From positions 24,971-88,970 of the forward strand of contig CAVUKL010000048.1 in assembly GCA_963742015.1 (NCBI GenBank): a stretch of DNA of 64,000 nucleotides, written 5' to 3'. Of the stretch, positions 42,736 to 52,746 are shown piece after piece (position 1 is the first letter of the stretch; each line of letters begins with the position of its first letter). This stretch comes from an uncultured Acidobacteriaceae bacterium. Its GTDB lineage: Bacteria; Acidobacteriota; Terriglobia; Terriglobales; Acidobacteriaceae. The position numbers and the translations under genes were made by a program. The notes under the pieces are model-generated. The model was not told where the DNA came from, did not search any database, and worked only from the letters and a program-made list of their open reading frames with translations.

Positions 42736-43197
42736 TCATGGCGTCGTGACGCTGGAGTGGTCCAGAATGATCTTCCATCCCTCCGGGGTCTTCTCCCAGA
42801 CCAGCGAGAAGATGCCACTCACGTCGCCGCCACCCGCGGCGTTGCGCGCCAGATGGAATTTTCCGGTCACGACGGCGTAGTTCGCGTCTAACTCCCGCAC
42901 CGCGATATCAGAGAAGTCGAGCGTGCCCATCGCATCCTTGCTGGCGTAGGCCTTCTTGTAGCGCTCAAGAATGGGCGCATATCCGTGCGCCACGCTCTTG
43001 CCGATAAAGGTTGTGTCTGGCGAATCCTTGTAGGCGCGCATGAAAGTCACGATGTCCCCTGCGTTCCACGCCGCCGCCTGGTCCTTCAGCACTTGCTGAA
43101 TCGCAATGGCAGGGTCGGCCTCCGCGGAGCACCTCATCACAGGCGCGAATGACGCTAGCAGCGCCACAATCAGTCCCAGTATTTTCAAAGCCTTCAT
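42736..43197 (-). CDS. Exported NTF2/SnoaL-like (DUF4440) protein
   Basis: Signal peptide, AAWNAGD..FM, GTLDF and WKIILDHSS. Confidence 0.8.
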   Translation of the reverse strand: MKALKILGLIVALLASFAPVMRCSAEADPAIAIQQVLKDQAAAWNAGDIVTFMRAYKDSPDTTFIGKSVAHGYAPILERYKKAYASKDAMGTLDFSDIAVRELDANYAVVTGKFHLARNAAGGGDVSGIFSLVWEKTPEGWKIILDHSSVTTP

Positions 43198-43348
43198 CGC
43201 CGCCCCTATCCTCGTCGGATTCTCGCCGTCTAAATGTCCAGCTAGGCCAAAAGCATAGCAGGCAGCAGGTCCGGAAACTTCCGTCGTCCGCCAAACCTCG
43301 CCTCGTCCGATAGACTAAAGGCAGCTTTGCCCATGCGGAGAGGTAACG

Positions 43349-43537
43349 ATGTCGCTTGCGACCGGCTTCAGATGCGCTGGCTGTGGAGAATGGAATGAAA
43401 CCGTCGTGGATGAATCCGCGGGCAGTCGTCAGGCCTACATCGAGGATTGTCAGGTCTGCTGCAAGCCGAATGTGCTCGCAGTCGAATGGAATCGTTCGGC
43501 CAAGGAATATATCGTCCTCGCCGAACTGGAAAGCTGA
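43349..43537 (+). CDS. CPXCG-motif small Cys-rich protein
   Basis: CAGCGE..YIEDCQVCCKPN. Confidence 0.8.
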   Translation: MSLATGFRCAGCGEWNETVVDESAGSRQAYIEDCQVCCKPNVLAVEWNRSAKEYIVLAELES

Positions 43538-43576
43538 CGCGGAACGCCCCGCGCATCCATACGCGGGTATCACGGG

Positions 43577-46500
43577 ATGATCTTCAGTACAGGCAGCGCC
43601 GGCCGGCGCGAGGGGCGAAAGTTGGGAAGTGGCCCCTCCGTCACATATAATCGACCTTTCCGCAGCGTGGATAAGATCTTGTGCAGTAGGGGTGTGCCCA
43701 TTTTGCCCGTTAGCTTAGGGAGCAGCAATTCCCAGATTCAAAAGCAGCAGCTTCCGCGCCGTATTTTTGGCTCGACGTACCGGACCTTCACCCATACCTT
43801 AGCGCTGTCGCTCCTATGCCTGGTATTCAGCTCGGCGACGACGCCTCGTGCCCATGCCCAGCAGGACTCCAACGCGCAAGCCGCGCCCGGAGCACCTTCC
43901 GAAGTCATCGACGACATTCGCGTCATCGGAAATCGCCGCATTCCTAAAGAGACGGTCTTGGCCCGGCTGTATTCGCACCGCGGCGACACTTACGATCCAA
44001 TCACCGTTGAGCGTGACTTCAACTCGCTGTGGAACACCGGCTACTTTGCCAATGTCCGCATCGAGCGCGAAGACACTCCCAAGGGCGTCATCCTGAACAT
44101 CTACGTCACGGAAAAACCGACGATTCGCGAGATTAACCCTAAAGGTTTGAATTCCGTTTCATGGTCTGACGTGCTGGATCGCTTCAAGAAGGAAAAAGTC
44201 GGGCTGACGGTTGAGAGCCAATACGATCCGACCAAGGTCGAGCGCGCGGTCGTGGTGTTGCGCGAGTTGCTCGCCGAGCACGGTCACCAGTTCGCTGTAG
44301 TCAAAGTCGATGTTAAGACCATCCCTCCCGCTTCCGTCTCGATCAACCTGAATATCAAAGAGGGACCGACGGTCAAGGTGGGCAAGATCGAGTTCACCGG
44401 CAACGAAAACTATCCCTCGCGCGACCTTCGCCGCTCGATGAAGAACCTGAAGCCGATCGGGATTCCGCATTCGATCTTCTTCGAAAATCTCTTCGCGAAA
44501 ACCTACGACGCCAGCAAGCTGGAAGAGGACGCCGAGCGGGTCCGCCAGGCTTACCACGACAAGGGCTACTACGCCGCAAACGTCGGTACTCCGGATACCC
44601 ATCTGCGCGACGAGTCCGGTCTTTCGCTGATCACCTTCAGGCCAAAAAAGGGTAAGCGCATCGACATTACTCTGCCTATCGAACAAGGCGATCGGTACCG
44701 GCTCGGCGCCATCACGTTCACCGGCAACAAGGCCGTGAGCAATACCAAAGCGCTGCGGGCGCAATTCCCGGTGAAGGACGGAGATTGGTTCAACGCCACG
44801 GGGATCGGCAAGGGCCTGGAAAACCTGCATAAGGCCTATGGCCAGTTGGGATACATCAACTTTGTCGGTATTCCGACGCCCACGGTGGATGAGGCCAAGA
44901 AGATCGTCAGCCTGAACATCGACATCGATGAAGGCAAGCAGTATTACGTCTCGCGGATCGAGTTCACCGGTAATACCCTCACCCGTGATTCGGTCATCCG
45001 CCGTGAATTGCTTCTCGAGGAGGGTCAGGCGTACAACAGCCATCTCTGGGAGCTCAGCCTGCAACGACTCAACCAGCTTCAATACTTCGAGCCGCTCAAG
45101 GTCGAGGAAGACTCGACTCCGATCCGCGACGACGAGAACGCGACGGTGCAGTTGCTCTTGAAAGTCAAGGAGAAGGGCAAAAACAGCATCGGTCTGAACG
45201 GCGGCGTCAGCGGCCTTTCCGGCGCCTTCCTGGGTCTCAACTACCAGACCAACAACTTCCTCGGTTTGGGTGAAACGCTGAGCGTGCAGGCCAGCATCGG
45301 CAGCATCTCCCGCAACCTGCTCTTCGGCTTCACCGAGCCTTACCTCCGCAATCGGCCGCTGAGCATCGGATTCCAGGTTTACAGCAACAAGACCGACTAC
45401 AACGCGTCGAAGAATTACAAGCTGACCACCGGTACATCTCTCAACGCATCGTCGGCAACGGCCTCTCTGCTCCAGAACTACAATCAGGCAACGACCGGCC
45501 TGAGCTTCTCGGCCAGTTATCCCATCCGCCACTCCTTCAAGCGGGTCGGCTTTACCTACACGCTGAACCGCTCCAACGTCACCACGTTCAGTGCGGCATC
45601 GAACAATCTCTTCCAAACCCTGGCCTTCCGCAGCGGCATCCAGGGGCAGAATGCGCTCGACGGCATCATCAACAGCATGGCCTCGTTCAGCTACTCTGAG
45701 AACCGCATCGACAACCCGTATAAGCCACGCAACGGTAGGGAGCTGTCCGCGGCGCTTCAGATCGCGGGCATCTGGGGCAACGTTCGGTACATAAGCCCAG
45801 TCGTGGAATTCAAACAGTTCCACTCCGTGAAAGGCCTTCGCTTCGATCCCCAGGGCCGAAATGTCTTCGGATACAAGCTGCAGGCGGAGTACATCCGCGG
45901 TATCAGCGGCGACGTTGCGCCGCCCTTCAATCGCTTCTACGCCGGCGGCGAGCAGGACCTTCGCGGCTTCGACGTCCGTTCCATCACCCCATACGGATTC
46001 GTCCCGACCAGAGTGCTCTACACGCTGACCAATCCGGACGGTACCCCAGTGCCGCGCGACCCGACCAACCCGAGCGACGGCAATATCCAGGTTCCGATCC
46101 CGGTCTATGGAATTGCCTCAGTCGGCGGAGACACTCAGTTCACCAGCAACATGGAGTACCGAATTCCGATTGCGGGACCGGTAACCTTTGCCTTCTTCGA
46201 CGACTTCGGCATCGACGTGGTTCTGGATAAAGACCAGTTGAAGCAGAGTCCGGAGGGCATTGCGCAGCTGAACTCGCCGCTGTATGGCTGCCCGAACTAT
46301 TACAACGGCTCTTGCCAGGGCGGTCAGCAGATCCAGTTCGATACGTACATACGCCCGATATATCACACGAACTTCGTACCTCGGATGTCGCTCGGCGGCG
46401 AACTGCAGGTAATTCTGCCGGTGGTCAACGCCCCGTTCCGCATCTACTACGCATATAACCCACTTAGGCTTTATACCCAGTTCCAGGGCGAGAACCTGAT

Positions 46501-46633
46501 CACCCGCAGCATGTTCCCGGCCGGCGGGGCTGGCGACTACAGCTACGCCGAAGCGCAACAGCTCTACGGTTCGCTCTACCAGTTGCGCGAGCCGAGCAAG
46601 ACCTTCCGGTTGACTGTCAGTACGACGTTCTAA
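43577..46633 (+). CDS. bamA: Outer membrane protein assembly factor BamA
   Basis: POTRA repeats (GNRRI, FTGNE, FTGNK, FTGNT..RRE), NNFLGLGE, LRGF and terminal Phe. True start is probably ~43693 or later. Confidence 0.93.
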   Translation: MIFSTGSAGRREGRKLGSGPSVTYNRPFRSVDKILCSRGVPILPVSLGSSNSQIQKQQLPRRIFGSTYRTFTHTLALSLLCLVFSSATTPRAHAQQDSNAQAAPGAPSEVIDDIRVIGNRRIPKETVLARLYSHRGDTYDPITVERDFNSLWNTGYFANVRIEREDTPKGVILNIYVTEKPTIREINPKGLNSVSWSDVLDRFKKEKVGLTVESQYDPTKVERAVVVLRELLAEHGHQFAVVKVDVKTIPPASVSINLNIKEGPTVKVGKIEFTGNENYPSRDLRRSMKNLKPIGIPHSIFFENLFAKTYDASKLEEDAERVRQAYHDKGYYAANVGTPDTHLRDESGLSLITFRPKKGKRIDITLPIEQGDRYRLGAITFTGNKAVSNTKALRAQFPVKDGDWFNATGIGKGLENLHKAYGQLGYINFVGIPTPTVDEAKKIVSLNIDIDEGKQYYVSRIEFTGNTLTRDSVIRRELLLEEGQAYNSHLWELSLQRLNQLQYFEPLKVEEDSTPIRDDENATVQLLLKVKEKGKNSIGLNGGVSGLSGAFLGLNYQTNNFLGLGETLSVQASIGSISRNLLFGFTEPYLRNRPLSIGFQVYSNKTDYNASKNYKLTTGTSLNASSATASLLQNYNQATTGLSFSASYPIRHSFKRVGFTYTLNRSNVTTFSAASNNLFQTLAFRSGIQGQNALDGIINSMASFSYSENRIDNPYKPRNGRELSAALQIAGIWGNVRYISPVVEFKQFHSVKGLRFDPQGRNVFGYKLQAEYIRGISGDVAPPFNRFYAGGEQDLRGFDVRSITPYGFVPTRVLYTLTNPDGTPVPRDPTNPSDGNIQVPIPVYGIASVGGDTQFTSNMEYRIPIAGPVTFAFFDDFGIDVVLDKDQLKQSPEGIAQLNSPLYGCPNYYNGSCQGGQQIQFDTYIRPIYHTNFVPRMSLGGELQVILPVVNAPFRIYYAYNPLRLYTQFQGENLITRSMFPAGGAGDYSYAEAQQLYGSLYQLREPSKTFRLTVSTTF

Positions 46634-46637
46634 CTCG

Positions 46638-46677
46638 CGCGATTGGCTTCAAAAGTGCGCTGTTGAAGCCGATCGCG
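46638..46677 (+). terminator. 15-bp hairpin after bamA
   Basis: CGCGATTGGCTTCAA / TTGAAGCCGATCGCG; no strong U tract. Confidence 0.5.
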
Positions 46678-46706
46678 TTGACCTTCGCCAGCCGCCAACC
46701 TATAAT
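46678..46706 (+). promoter_or_regulatory. Sigma70 promoter of skp
   Basis: TTGACC-N17-TATAAT. Confidence 0.75.
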
Positions 46707-46873
46707 TTGGGTGTTCCTGAGAATGTCCTCTGTCCGTGTCTCTTCTCCGCGTTTTCGGCCTTCGGCTGAAAAACATTTTCAAGAAGCGCGCAGGAGATTG
46801 ACCAGGGAGCGAAGTTCGCTTCCGCTACAACGCGGGCGATTCAATCAAAAGTAATGAAGGAGTTGTAGATCTC

Positions 46874-47560
46874 ATGAAGCGTTCGTTGACATTCGTTTGC
46901 ATCCTGGCGTCCGGTTTCGGCGCGACCGCCCTCGCCCAGGCGAGCAGCGCCGCCATGCCCAGCGCGCCCGTACCCGCTTCCGCCTCCGCCCCCACGACCG
47001 CGCCTGTTGCCGCGAAAATTGCCATCATCCAGTTCCAGCAGGCGGTTGGAGCAACCAACGAAGGTCAGCGCGACTTCGCGGAGCTTCGCAAGAAGTTTGA
47101 GCCAAAGCAGAACGAGCTCAAGACCCAGAGCGACACTATCGACGGCCTGAAGAAGCAGCTCCAGACCCAGAGTGCCACCCTGAGCGAGTCCGCCCGCGCC
47201 GATCTGACGCGACAGATCGACGACAAGACGAAGTCGCTCCAGCGTTCCGCCGAGGACGCCCAAAACGACTTCCAGACCGAGATGGGCGAAACCTACCAGA
47301 AGCTTGCCGAGAAGGTCTACCAGGTCGTCCAGGCCTACGCCACCCAGGCCGGCTACACGCTGGTGCTCGATGCCTCCGCGCAGCAGAGCCCGGTACTTTG
47401 GGCAAACCAGGGAACTGATATCTCCCAGGCAGTGGTTGAGGCCTACAACCAGAAGTCGGGTGTCCCGGCGCCAACCGGTGGCGCTGCTGCTCCGTCGACG
47501 GCTCCACGTTCGACCGCCCCGGCTCGTACCCCGACAAAACCGGCCACAACCCCTCAGTAA
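46874..47560 (+). CDS. skp: Skp/OmpH periplasmic chaperone
   Basis: Signal peptide, KIAIIQFQQAV, coiled coil, GYTLVLD and DIS; follows bamA. Confidence 0.88.
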   Translation: MKRSLTFVCILASGFGATALAQASSAAMPSAPVPASASAPTTAPVAAKIAIIQFQQAVGATNEGQRDFAELRKKFEPKQNELKTQSDTIDGLKKQLQTQSATLSESARADLTRQIDDKTKSLQRSAEDAQNDFQTEMGETYQKLAEKVYQVVQAYATQAGYTLVLDASAQQSPVLWANQGTDISQAVVEAYNQKSGVPAPTGGAAAPSTAPRSTAPARTPTKPATTPQ

Positions 47561-47580
47561 GCCGTCCGATTGTTCGACAA

Positions 47581-47616
47581 AACGAAGGCCCCGCTCAGGC
47601 GGGGCCTTCGTCGTTT
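47581..47616 (+). terminator. Intrinsic terminator after skp
   Basis: ACGAAGGCCCCGC-TCAG-GCGGGGCCTTCGT followed by CGTTT. Confidence 0.8.
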
Positions 47617-47643
47617 GCGAGTCAGTAGTCTCTTACGGCGAGC

Positions 47644-47832
47644 TGTGGAAAAAAATGTGGAAAGACCGAAAGCCAGCGTGGAGACTGACCGGAAAGCCGG
47701 ATTGGCTTTATGAATATCTCCCGTCAGGGCCGCTTAACTTATTGATTCTGCGTTGTGATTCGAACCGAAAAAGATGCTACGACCGCTAATAACTTCTGTG
47801 CCAGGAACGAGATAAGCTGAACGCTTTCCACA
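47644..47832. promoter_or_regulatory. DnaA-box cluster with IHF site
   Basis: TGTGGAAAA (47644), TGTGGAAAG (47656), CTTTCCACA (47824) and an exact IHF consensus TAACTTATTGATT (47735-47747). Confidence 0.55.
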
Positions 47833-47886
47833 ATGTCGATTAAGCACCCGTGACAAACGGAATCGTTAGACCGTTTCAAGCGTGCG

Positions 47887-49698
47887 TTATCTCGAGCTGT
47901 CTTCGCCTATCTTCAGGACGGCCAGGAACGCCTCCTGCGGGATATCGACCTTGCCGATGCGCTTCATCCGCTTCTTGCCTTCTTTTTGCTTCTCCAGCAG
48001 CTTCCGTTTACGAGAAATGTCGCCGCCGTAGCACTTCGCCAGCACGTTCTTGCGGATGGCGGTCACCGTCTCCCGGGCCACAATCTTGGCCCCGATGGCC
48101 GCCTGGATCGCCACTTCGAACATCTGCCGCGGAATCAGTTCGCGCATTTTGCTTACCAGCGCGCGGCCCCGTTCATAGGCGAAATCCTTATGGACGATGA
48201 TCGACAACGCGTCAACCGCTTCTCCACCGACCAGGATGTCCATCTTCACCATCGGGGAGACCCAGGTTCCGGCCAACTGGTAGTCGAGCGAGGCGTAACC
48301 ACGGGAGACGCTCTTAAGCCGGTCGTAGAAATCTAGGACGATCTCATTAAGTGGCAGTTCATAGGTCAGCATGACGCGAGTGGGTGTAACGTACTCGAAG
48401 TTCTTTTGTCGTCCGCGCTTGTCTTCGACCAGCTTCAAGATGCCGCCGACATACTCCTCGTTAGTCAGAATGGTCGCGTTGATGATCGGCTCCTCGATCT
48501 TCTCGATCTCGGTCGTCTCAGGCCAGCGCGAGGGATTGTCTACCTCGACGACCGAACCATCGGTCAGCGTGATGTTATAGCGGACGCCGGGAGCGGTCGT
48601 GATCAGGTCAAGGTCGTACTCCCGCTCCAGCCGCTCCTGGATGATCTCCATGTGCAACAGGCCGAGAAAGCCGCAGCGAAAACCGAAGCCTAGCGCAGCC
48701 GAGCTTTCCGGTTCGAAAAAAAACGAAGAATCATTGAGCCGTAGTTTTTCAAGTGCATCGCGCAACAGCGTGTGCTCGTGTGAATCAACGGTGTAGATGC
48801 CGGCAAAGACCATCGGCTTGAGTTCTTCAAAGCCGGCAAGGGGCGCATCGCAGGGACGCTCGTCTTCGGTCACAGTGTCGCCGATCTTAGTGTCGGAGAC
48901 GTTCTTAATGGTGGCGACAAAAAATCCAACTTCGCCGGCTGTCAGCTCGCCGATTGCAACCGGTTTAGGAGTCAAAACCCCCATCGAGTCAACATCGAAG
49001 ACCCTGCCGTTCGACATGAGGCGGATTTTCATTCCCGTCGCCAGCCGCCCGTTAATGACTCGAACGAGCACGACCACTCCACGATAGGGATCGAACCAGG
49101 AATCGAAGATCAGCGCCTGCAGCGGGGCAGTTGCATCGCCCGAAGGCGGCGGCAATCGCGCCACAATCGCCTCCAGCACCTCGGGGACGCCCAGGCCGGT
49201 CTTGGCGCTCACCGGCAGCGCGTCGGTCGCATCCAGCCCTACCGCCGACTCGATCATCTCTTGTGTGCGGACGATGTCCGCACTGGGCAGGTCGATCTTG
49301 TTGATCACCGGGATCATGTCCAGCCCGTTGCTGATCGCGAGATAGGCATTGGCCAGCGTTTGCGCTTCGACGCCCTGCGAGGCATCGACCACCAGCAGTG
49401 CGCCTTCGCAGGAGGCGAGCGAGCGGGACACCTCGTAAGAGAAGTCGACGTGCCCCGGAGTATCGATCAGGTTGAGCTGATAGGTCTCGCCGTTCTTCGC
49501 CTGGTAGGCCATGCGCACGGCGTGCGCTTTGATGGTGATGCCCCGCTCGCGCTCAAGGTCCATCGCGTCGAGCACCTGGGCCTGCATCTCGCGCGACGTC
49601 ACCGAACCAGTGAGTTCGAGCAAGCGGTCGGACAATGTGCTCTTGCCATGATCGATGTGCGCGATGATGGCGAAATTGCGGATGTGCTGAATGTCCAT
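47887..49698 (-). CDS. lepA: Elongation factor 4 (LepA)
   Basis: [28 protein letters not shown] and [25 protein letters not shown]. Confidence 0.98.
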   Translation of the reverse strand: MDIQHIRNFAIIAHIDHGKSTLSDRLLELTGSVTSREMQAQVLDAMDLERERGITIKAHAVRMAYQAKNGETYQLNLIDTPGHVDFSYEVSRSLASCEGALLVVDASQGVEAQTLANAYLAISNGLDMIPVINKIDLPSADIVRTQEMIESAVGLDATDALPVSAKTGLGVPEVLEAIVARLPPPSGDATAPLQALIFDSWFDPYRGVVVLVRVINGRLATGMKIRLMSNGRVFDVDSMGVLTPKPVAIGELTAGEVGFFVATIKNVSDTKIGDTVTEDERPCDAPLAGFEELKPMVFAGIYTVDSHEHTLLRDALEKLRLNDSSFFFEPESSAALGFGFRCGFLGLLHMEIIQERLEREYDLDLITTAPGVRYNITLTDGSVVEVDNPSRWPETTEIEKIEEPIINATILTNEEYVGGILKLVEDKRGRQKNFEYVTPTRVMLTYELPLNEIVLDFYDRLKSVSRGYASLDYQLAGTWVSPMVKMDILVGGEAVDALSIIVHKDFAYERGRALVSKMRELIPRQMFEVAIQAAIGAKIVARETVTAIRKNVLAKCYGGDISRKRKLLEKQKEGKKRMKRIGKVDIPQEAFLAVLKIGEDSSR

Positions 49699-49893
49699 GA
49701 ATCGAGTGGATTCCTAGTAGCGGGGGCCGTAGTCGCGGGGCTCTGTGCTGGAACAGAGCCTGGCTGGCGGTCTATCCATGCGAAGTGCAACGACCGACCG
49801 CGGCCAGCGCGCGAAAACTTTCCTAAACTCCAATCTTAGCATCGGTAGGCAGTGGCCAAGGCCATACAATGAAAGCAGAATCGAAACGCAAGC

Positions 49894-51729
49894 ATGGATG
49901 TTTCTCGACTCGTTTGCGCCGTCTGCGTCGCGGCCACAATTCTGTCGACCGGGTGCTGTCCCGAGCAAGCTGTCGCCTTATCATTCAATGGCCAGCCGGG
50001 CGTTATTGCTCCCATGTCGAGTGGCCGCCCGGCAGCTGCCCAGGTGCCTGCCACGGCGTCGCCGGCCCAGCAGACCGCCGGTCCAACGCAACTTAACCAG
50101 CAGGAACGAAATCGCCAGCTAAGGAACCAGCAGCTCATCGACAACTCTGAGCAGGCGTACCAGGCTGGCGTGAACAACTACCACGCCGGGCATCTCGAGG
50201 CGGCCAAGGCGAATTTCGATTACGCCGTAGACCAGATGCTCTCGAGCGGCCTCGACCTTAAGAACGACCCTCAACTCTCGGCCGAATTCGAGCACCTCGT
50301 CGATGCCATTAATACCCTGGAGATGGAGGCCCTCAAGCAGGGCAACGGCTTCGAACCGCGCGCCGAGCCGACGCCCGTCGATGTTGCCAACGATGTTACT
50401 TTTCCCGTCGATGCCGCGCTCAAAGCCCAAGCCCAGGCCGAACTGAAAACTACTCAGTCAGACCTGCCCCTGGTGCTGAACGATTACGTCGCCAGCTACA
50501 TCAACTTCTTCGCCAATACCAAGGTTGGCCACGCGACCATCGTCCATTCGCTCACGCGCGCCGGGCGTTATAAGGAGATGATCCAGCGCATCCTCGCCCA
50601 GGAAGGTGTACCCCAGGACCTGATTTACCAGGCGGTCGCCGAGTCAGGCTTTCAGCCCCAAGCGCGCAATGGACGCAGCGGCGCCGGCGGCATGTGGCAG
50701 TTCATGCCGGGAGACGCGTTCGCCCCGCCGAGAAGCGCCTGGTTCGACCAGCGTTATGACCCGGAGGGATCGACTCGCGCCTACGCGCGCTACATCAAGT
50801 TTCTCTACAACCAGCTCGGCGACTGGTACCTGGCCATGGCGGCCTACGATTGGGGCGCGGGCAACGTCCAGCGCGCGGTGCAGCGCACCGGCTATGCCGA
50901 CTTCTGGGAGTTGTACCGGCGGGACGTGCTGCCTACCGAAACAAAGAACTACGTCCCCATCATCCTGGCCGCCACGATCATGGCGAAGAACCCCCATCAG
51001 TACGGCCTCGACACGATCGTCGCCGACCCGCCGCTGCTGAACGACACCGTCACTACCAACTACAGCGTGGATCTCCGCCTCGTATCCGATATCGTCGAAG
51101 CGCCGCTCCAGGAGATTGTGGCGCTGAATCCCAGCCTGCTGCGCATGGCCACGCCACCGGACGATACTTTTGCTCTGCATCTGCCGCCGGGAACAAAGAA
51201 GCTCTATGACGGACGGATCGAAGAGATTCCGGTCGACCGTCGCAGATCATGGCGCTTCCACAAAATCGCAACCGGCGACACGATCGAGGACGTCGCCCGC
51301 GAATACCACGTGAGCCCTACTGAACTCGCCTTCGTCAATCAGCTCAGCGCTGGTAGTGATCTCTCCGGCACCGAAGCGCTGGTGGTTCCCGTGGCGGCGG
51401 CGCCCAGCACCTCCATCACGCGATCGACCCGATACACCGCGAAGAAGGGCGATACTCTGGTTACGGTCGCCGACCGATTCAATGTGTCGGTCGATGAGCT
51501 TCGAGGCTGGAACCATCTCAAGGGCACAACTCTGGCGCCGGGCCACACCTTGTATGTCTCGGAACCGGCGCGTGTCTCTTCCACACGAAGCCATCATCGC
51601 GCAACGGCCGGCTCGCACGCGACGAAATCTGCGCATGGCGCGACGGCGAAGACGGCATCATCAGGCTCACCGAAATCGAAGACCACCGGCGCGTCAACGG
51701 CGAAGAAGCATCATTCTTCTGCGCCATAA
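49894..51729 (+). CDS. MltD-like lytic transglycosylase with LysM domains
   Basis: AESGF, GMWQFMP, AAYDWG, ETKNYVP and LysM repeats (GDTL..VADRFNVS). Confidence 0.88.
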   Translation: MDVSRLVCAVCVAATILSTGCCPEQAVALSFNGQPGVIAPMSSGRPAAAQVPATASPAQQTAGPTQLNQQERNRQLRNQQLIDNSEQAYQAGVNNYHAGHLEAAKANFDYAVDQMLSSGLDLKNDPQLSAEFEHLVDAINTLEMEALKQGNGFEPRAEPTPVDVANDVTFPVDAALKAQAQAELKTTQSDLPLVLNDYVASYINFFANTKVGHATIVHSLTRAGRYKEMIQRILAQEGVPQDLIYQAVAESGFQPQARNGRSGAGGMWQFMPGDAFAPPRSAWFDQRYDPEGSTRAYARYIKFLYNQLGDWYLAMAAYDWGAGNVQRAVQRTGYADFWELYRRDVLPTETKNYVPIILAATIMAKNPHQYGLDTIVADPPLLNDTVTTNYSVDLRLVSDIVEAPLQEIVALNPSLLRMATPPDDTFALHLPPGTKKLYDGRIEEIPVDRRRSWRFHKIATGDTIEDVAREYHVSPTELAFVNQLSAGSDLSGTEALVVPVAAAPSTSITRSTRYTAKKGDTLVTVADRFNVSVDELRGWNHLKGTTLAPGHTLYVSEPARVSSTRSHHRATAGSHATKSAHGATAKTASSGSPKSKTTGASTAKKHHSSAP

Positions 51730-51772
51730 CGCAGTTCTCGCTTGCGTTCGTTGGCGACACGTATCATGCTGT

Positions 51773-51781
51773 TGCTATAAT
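51773..51781 (+). promoter_or_regulatory. Extended -10 promoter of the H1-like gene
   Basis: TGCTATAAT about 95 nt upstream of ATG 51875. Confidence 0.6.
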
Positions 51782-51874
51782 CCGCCGCGGGTGCGTGTTT
51801 CGGTTTCCGCCGCGTTGCGCGGAGAGAGCTTCTGATTTGCGACCTATTATTTGACGCCCCGGAGGGCAGAACAC

Positions 51875-52528
51875 ATGCAGGATGATTACAAGCTTTATGC
51901 GAACAGCGATGGCGAGCCGGTTTCCGGCGCAAGTGATCTTGCCGCCGAAACCGAAGATGATTTCAGCGAAGACGAAGAAGAGGAAGTGATTATCAGCCTT
52001 AGCTCGTTGGACGACGAGGATCTGGGCGGACACGAAGACGAAGACGCCGAGGAAGAGGTTGCGGCGATCATCGTCGTGGCCCCGTCCCCGGTTCCCGCAG
52101 CGAAAGCAACAGCAAAGAAAGCTACGCCGACAAAAGCGCCTGCCAAGAAAGCGGCTGCAAAGAAGGCCGCGACGAAAGCGGCAAAGAAGGCTCCCGCAAA
52201 GAAAGCCGCACCTGCAAAGAAAGCCGTTGCGAAGAAAGTTCCGGCCAAGAAGGCCGCAAAGAAGTCAGCCGCCAAGAAGAGCAGCAAAGGCACTCTCGGC
52301 GGCGGCAAGGCTGCAAAGAAATCCGTAGCCTCGAAGAAGAAGAGTGCCCTCACCAAAAACCCAACGAAGCGAGGTAGTACATTGGCCGTTAAGAAAGCAG
52401 CAAAGAAGGCTCCCGCAAAGAAGGCGGCAACCAAGAAGGCGGTAGCCAAGAAAGCACCCGCAAAGAAGGCGGTAGCCAAGAAGGCTCCTGCAAAGAAAGC
52501 AGTCAAGAAGGCTGCGAAAAAGAAGTAA
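51875..52528 (+). CDS. Histone H1-like Lys/Ala/Pro-repeat protein with an acidic N-terminus
   Basis: GGAGG RBS; D/E-rich first ~60 aa, then many KKAPAKK/AVAKK repeats. Confidence 0.8.
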   Translation: MQDDYKLYANSDGEPVSGASDLAAETEDDFSEDEEEEVIISLSSLDDEDLGGHEDEDAEEEVAAIIVVAPSPVPAAKATAKKATPTKAPAKKAAAKKAATKAAKKAPAKKAAPAKKAVAKKVPAKKAAKKSAAKKSSKGTLGGGKAAKKSVASKKKSALTKNPTKRGSTLAVKKAAKKAPAKKAATKKAVAKKAPAKKAVAKKAPAKKAVKKAAKKK

Positions 52529-52550
52529 TCATCCAGCACTAAACAGGCAA

Positions 52551-52585
52551 GCAAAAGGGCCCGGCACAGTGCCGGGCATTTTTGC
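52551..52585 (+). terminator. Intrinsic terminator
   Basis: GCCCGGCA-CAG-TGCCGGGC hairpin flanked by AAAA and TTTTT. Confidence 0.8.
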
Positions 52586-52746
52586 GTCCGAAAGTCGCAT
52601 GGATCTTCCTCCACTGGCCCCTCCCACAAAGGCACAGCACGCAATTGGGCTGCGTGTACGGTCAGATTTCTGCCTCTCCCCAATTCGATTTGGGTTAACA
52701 TCAGGCATCGCGACGGCTTGATTTCCAAAGAGACCGCGGAGTCGGG

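Noticed and set aside
52100-52525. AAGAAGGC-rich repeats as CRISPR or satellite DNA
   Set aside because: The repeats are degenerate, in frame and encode KKAPA units; there are no spacers or cas genes.
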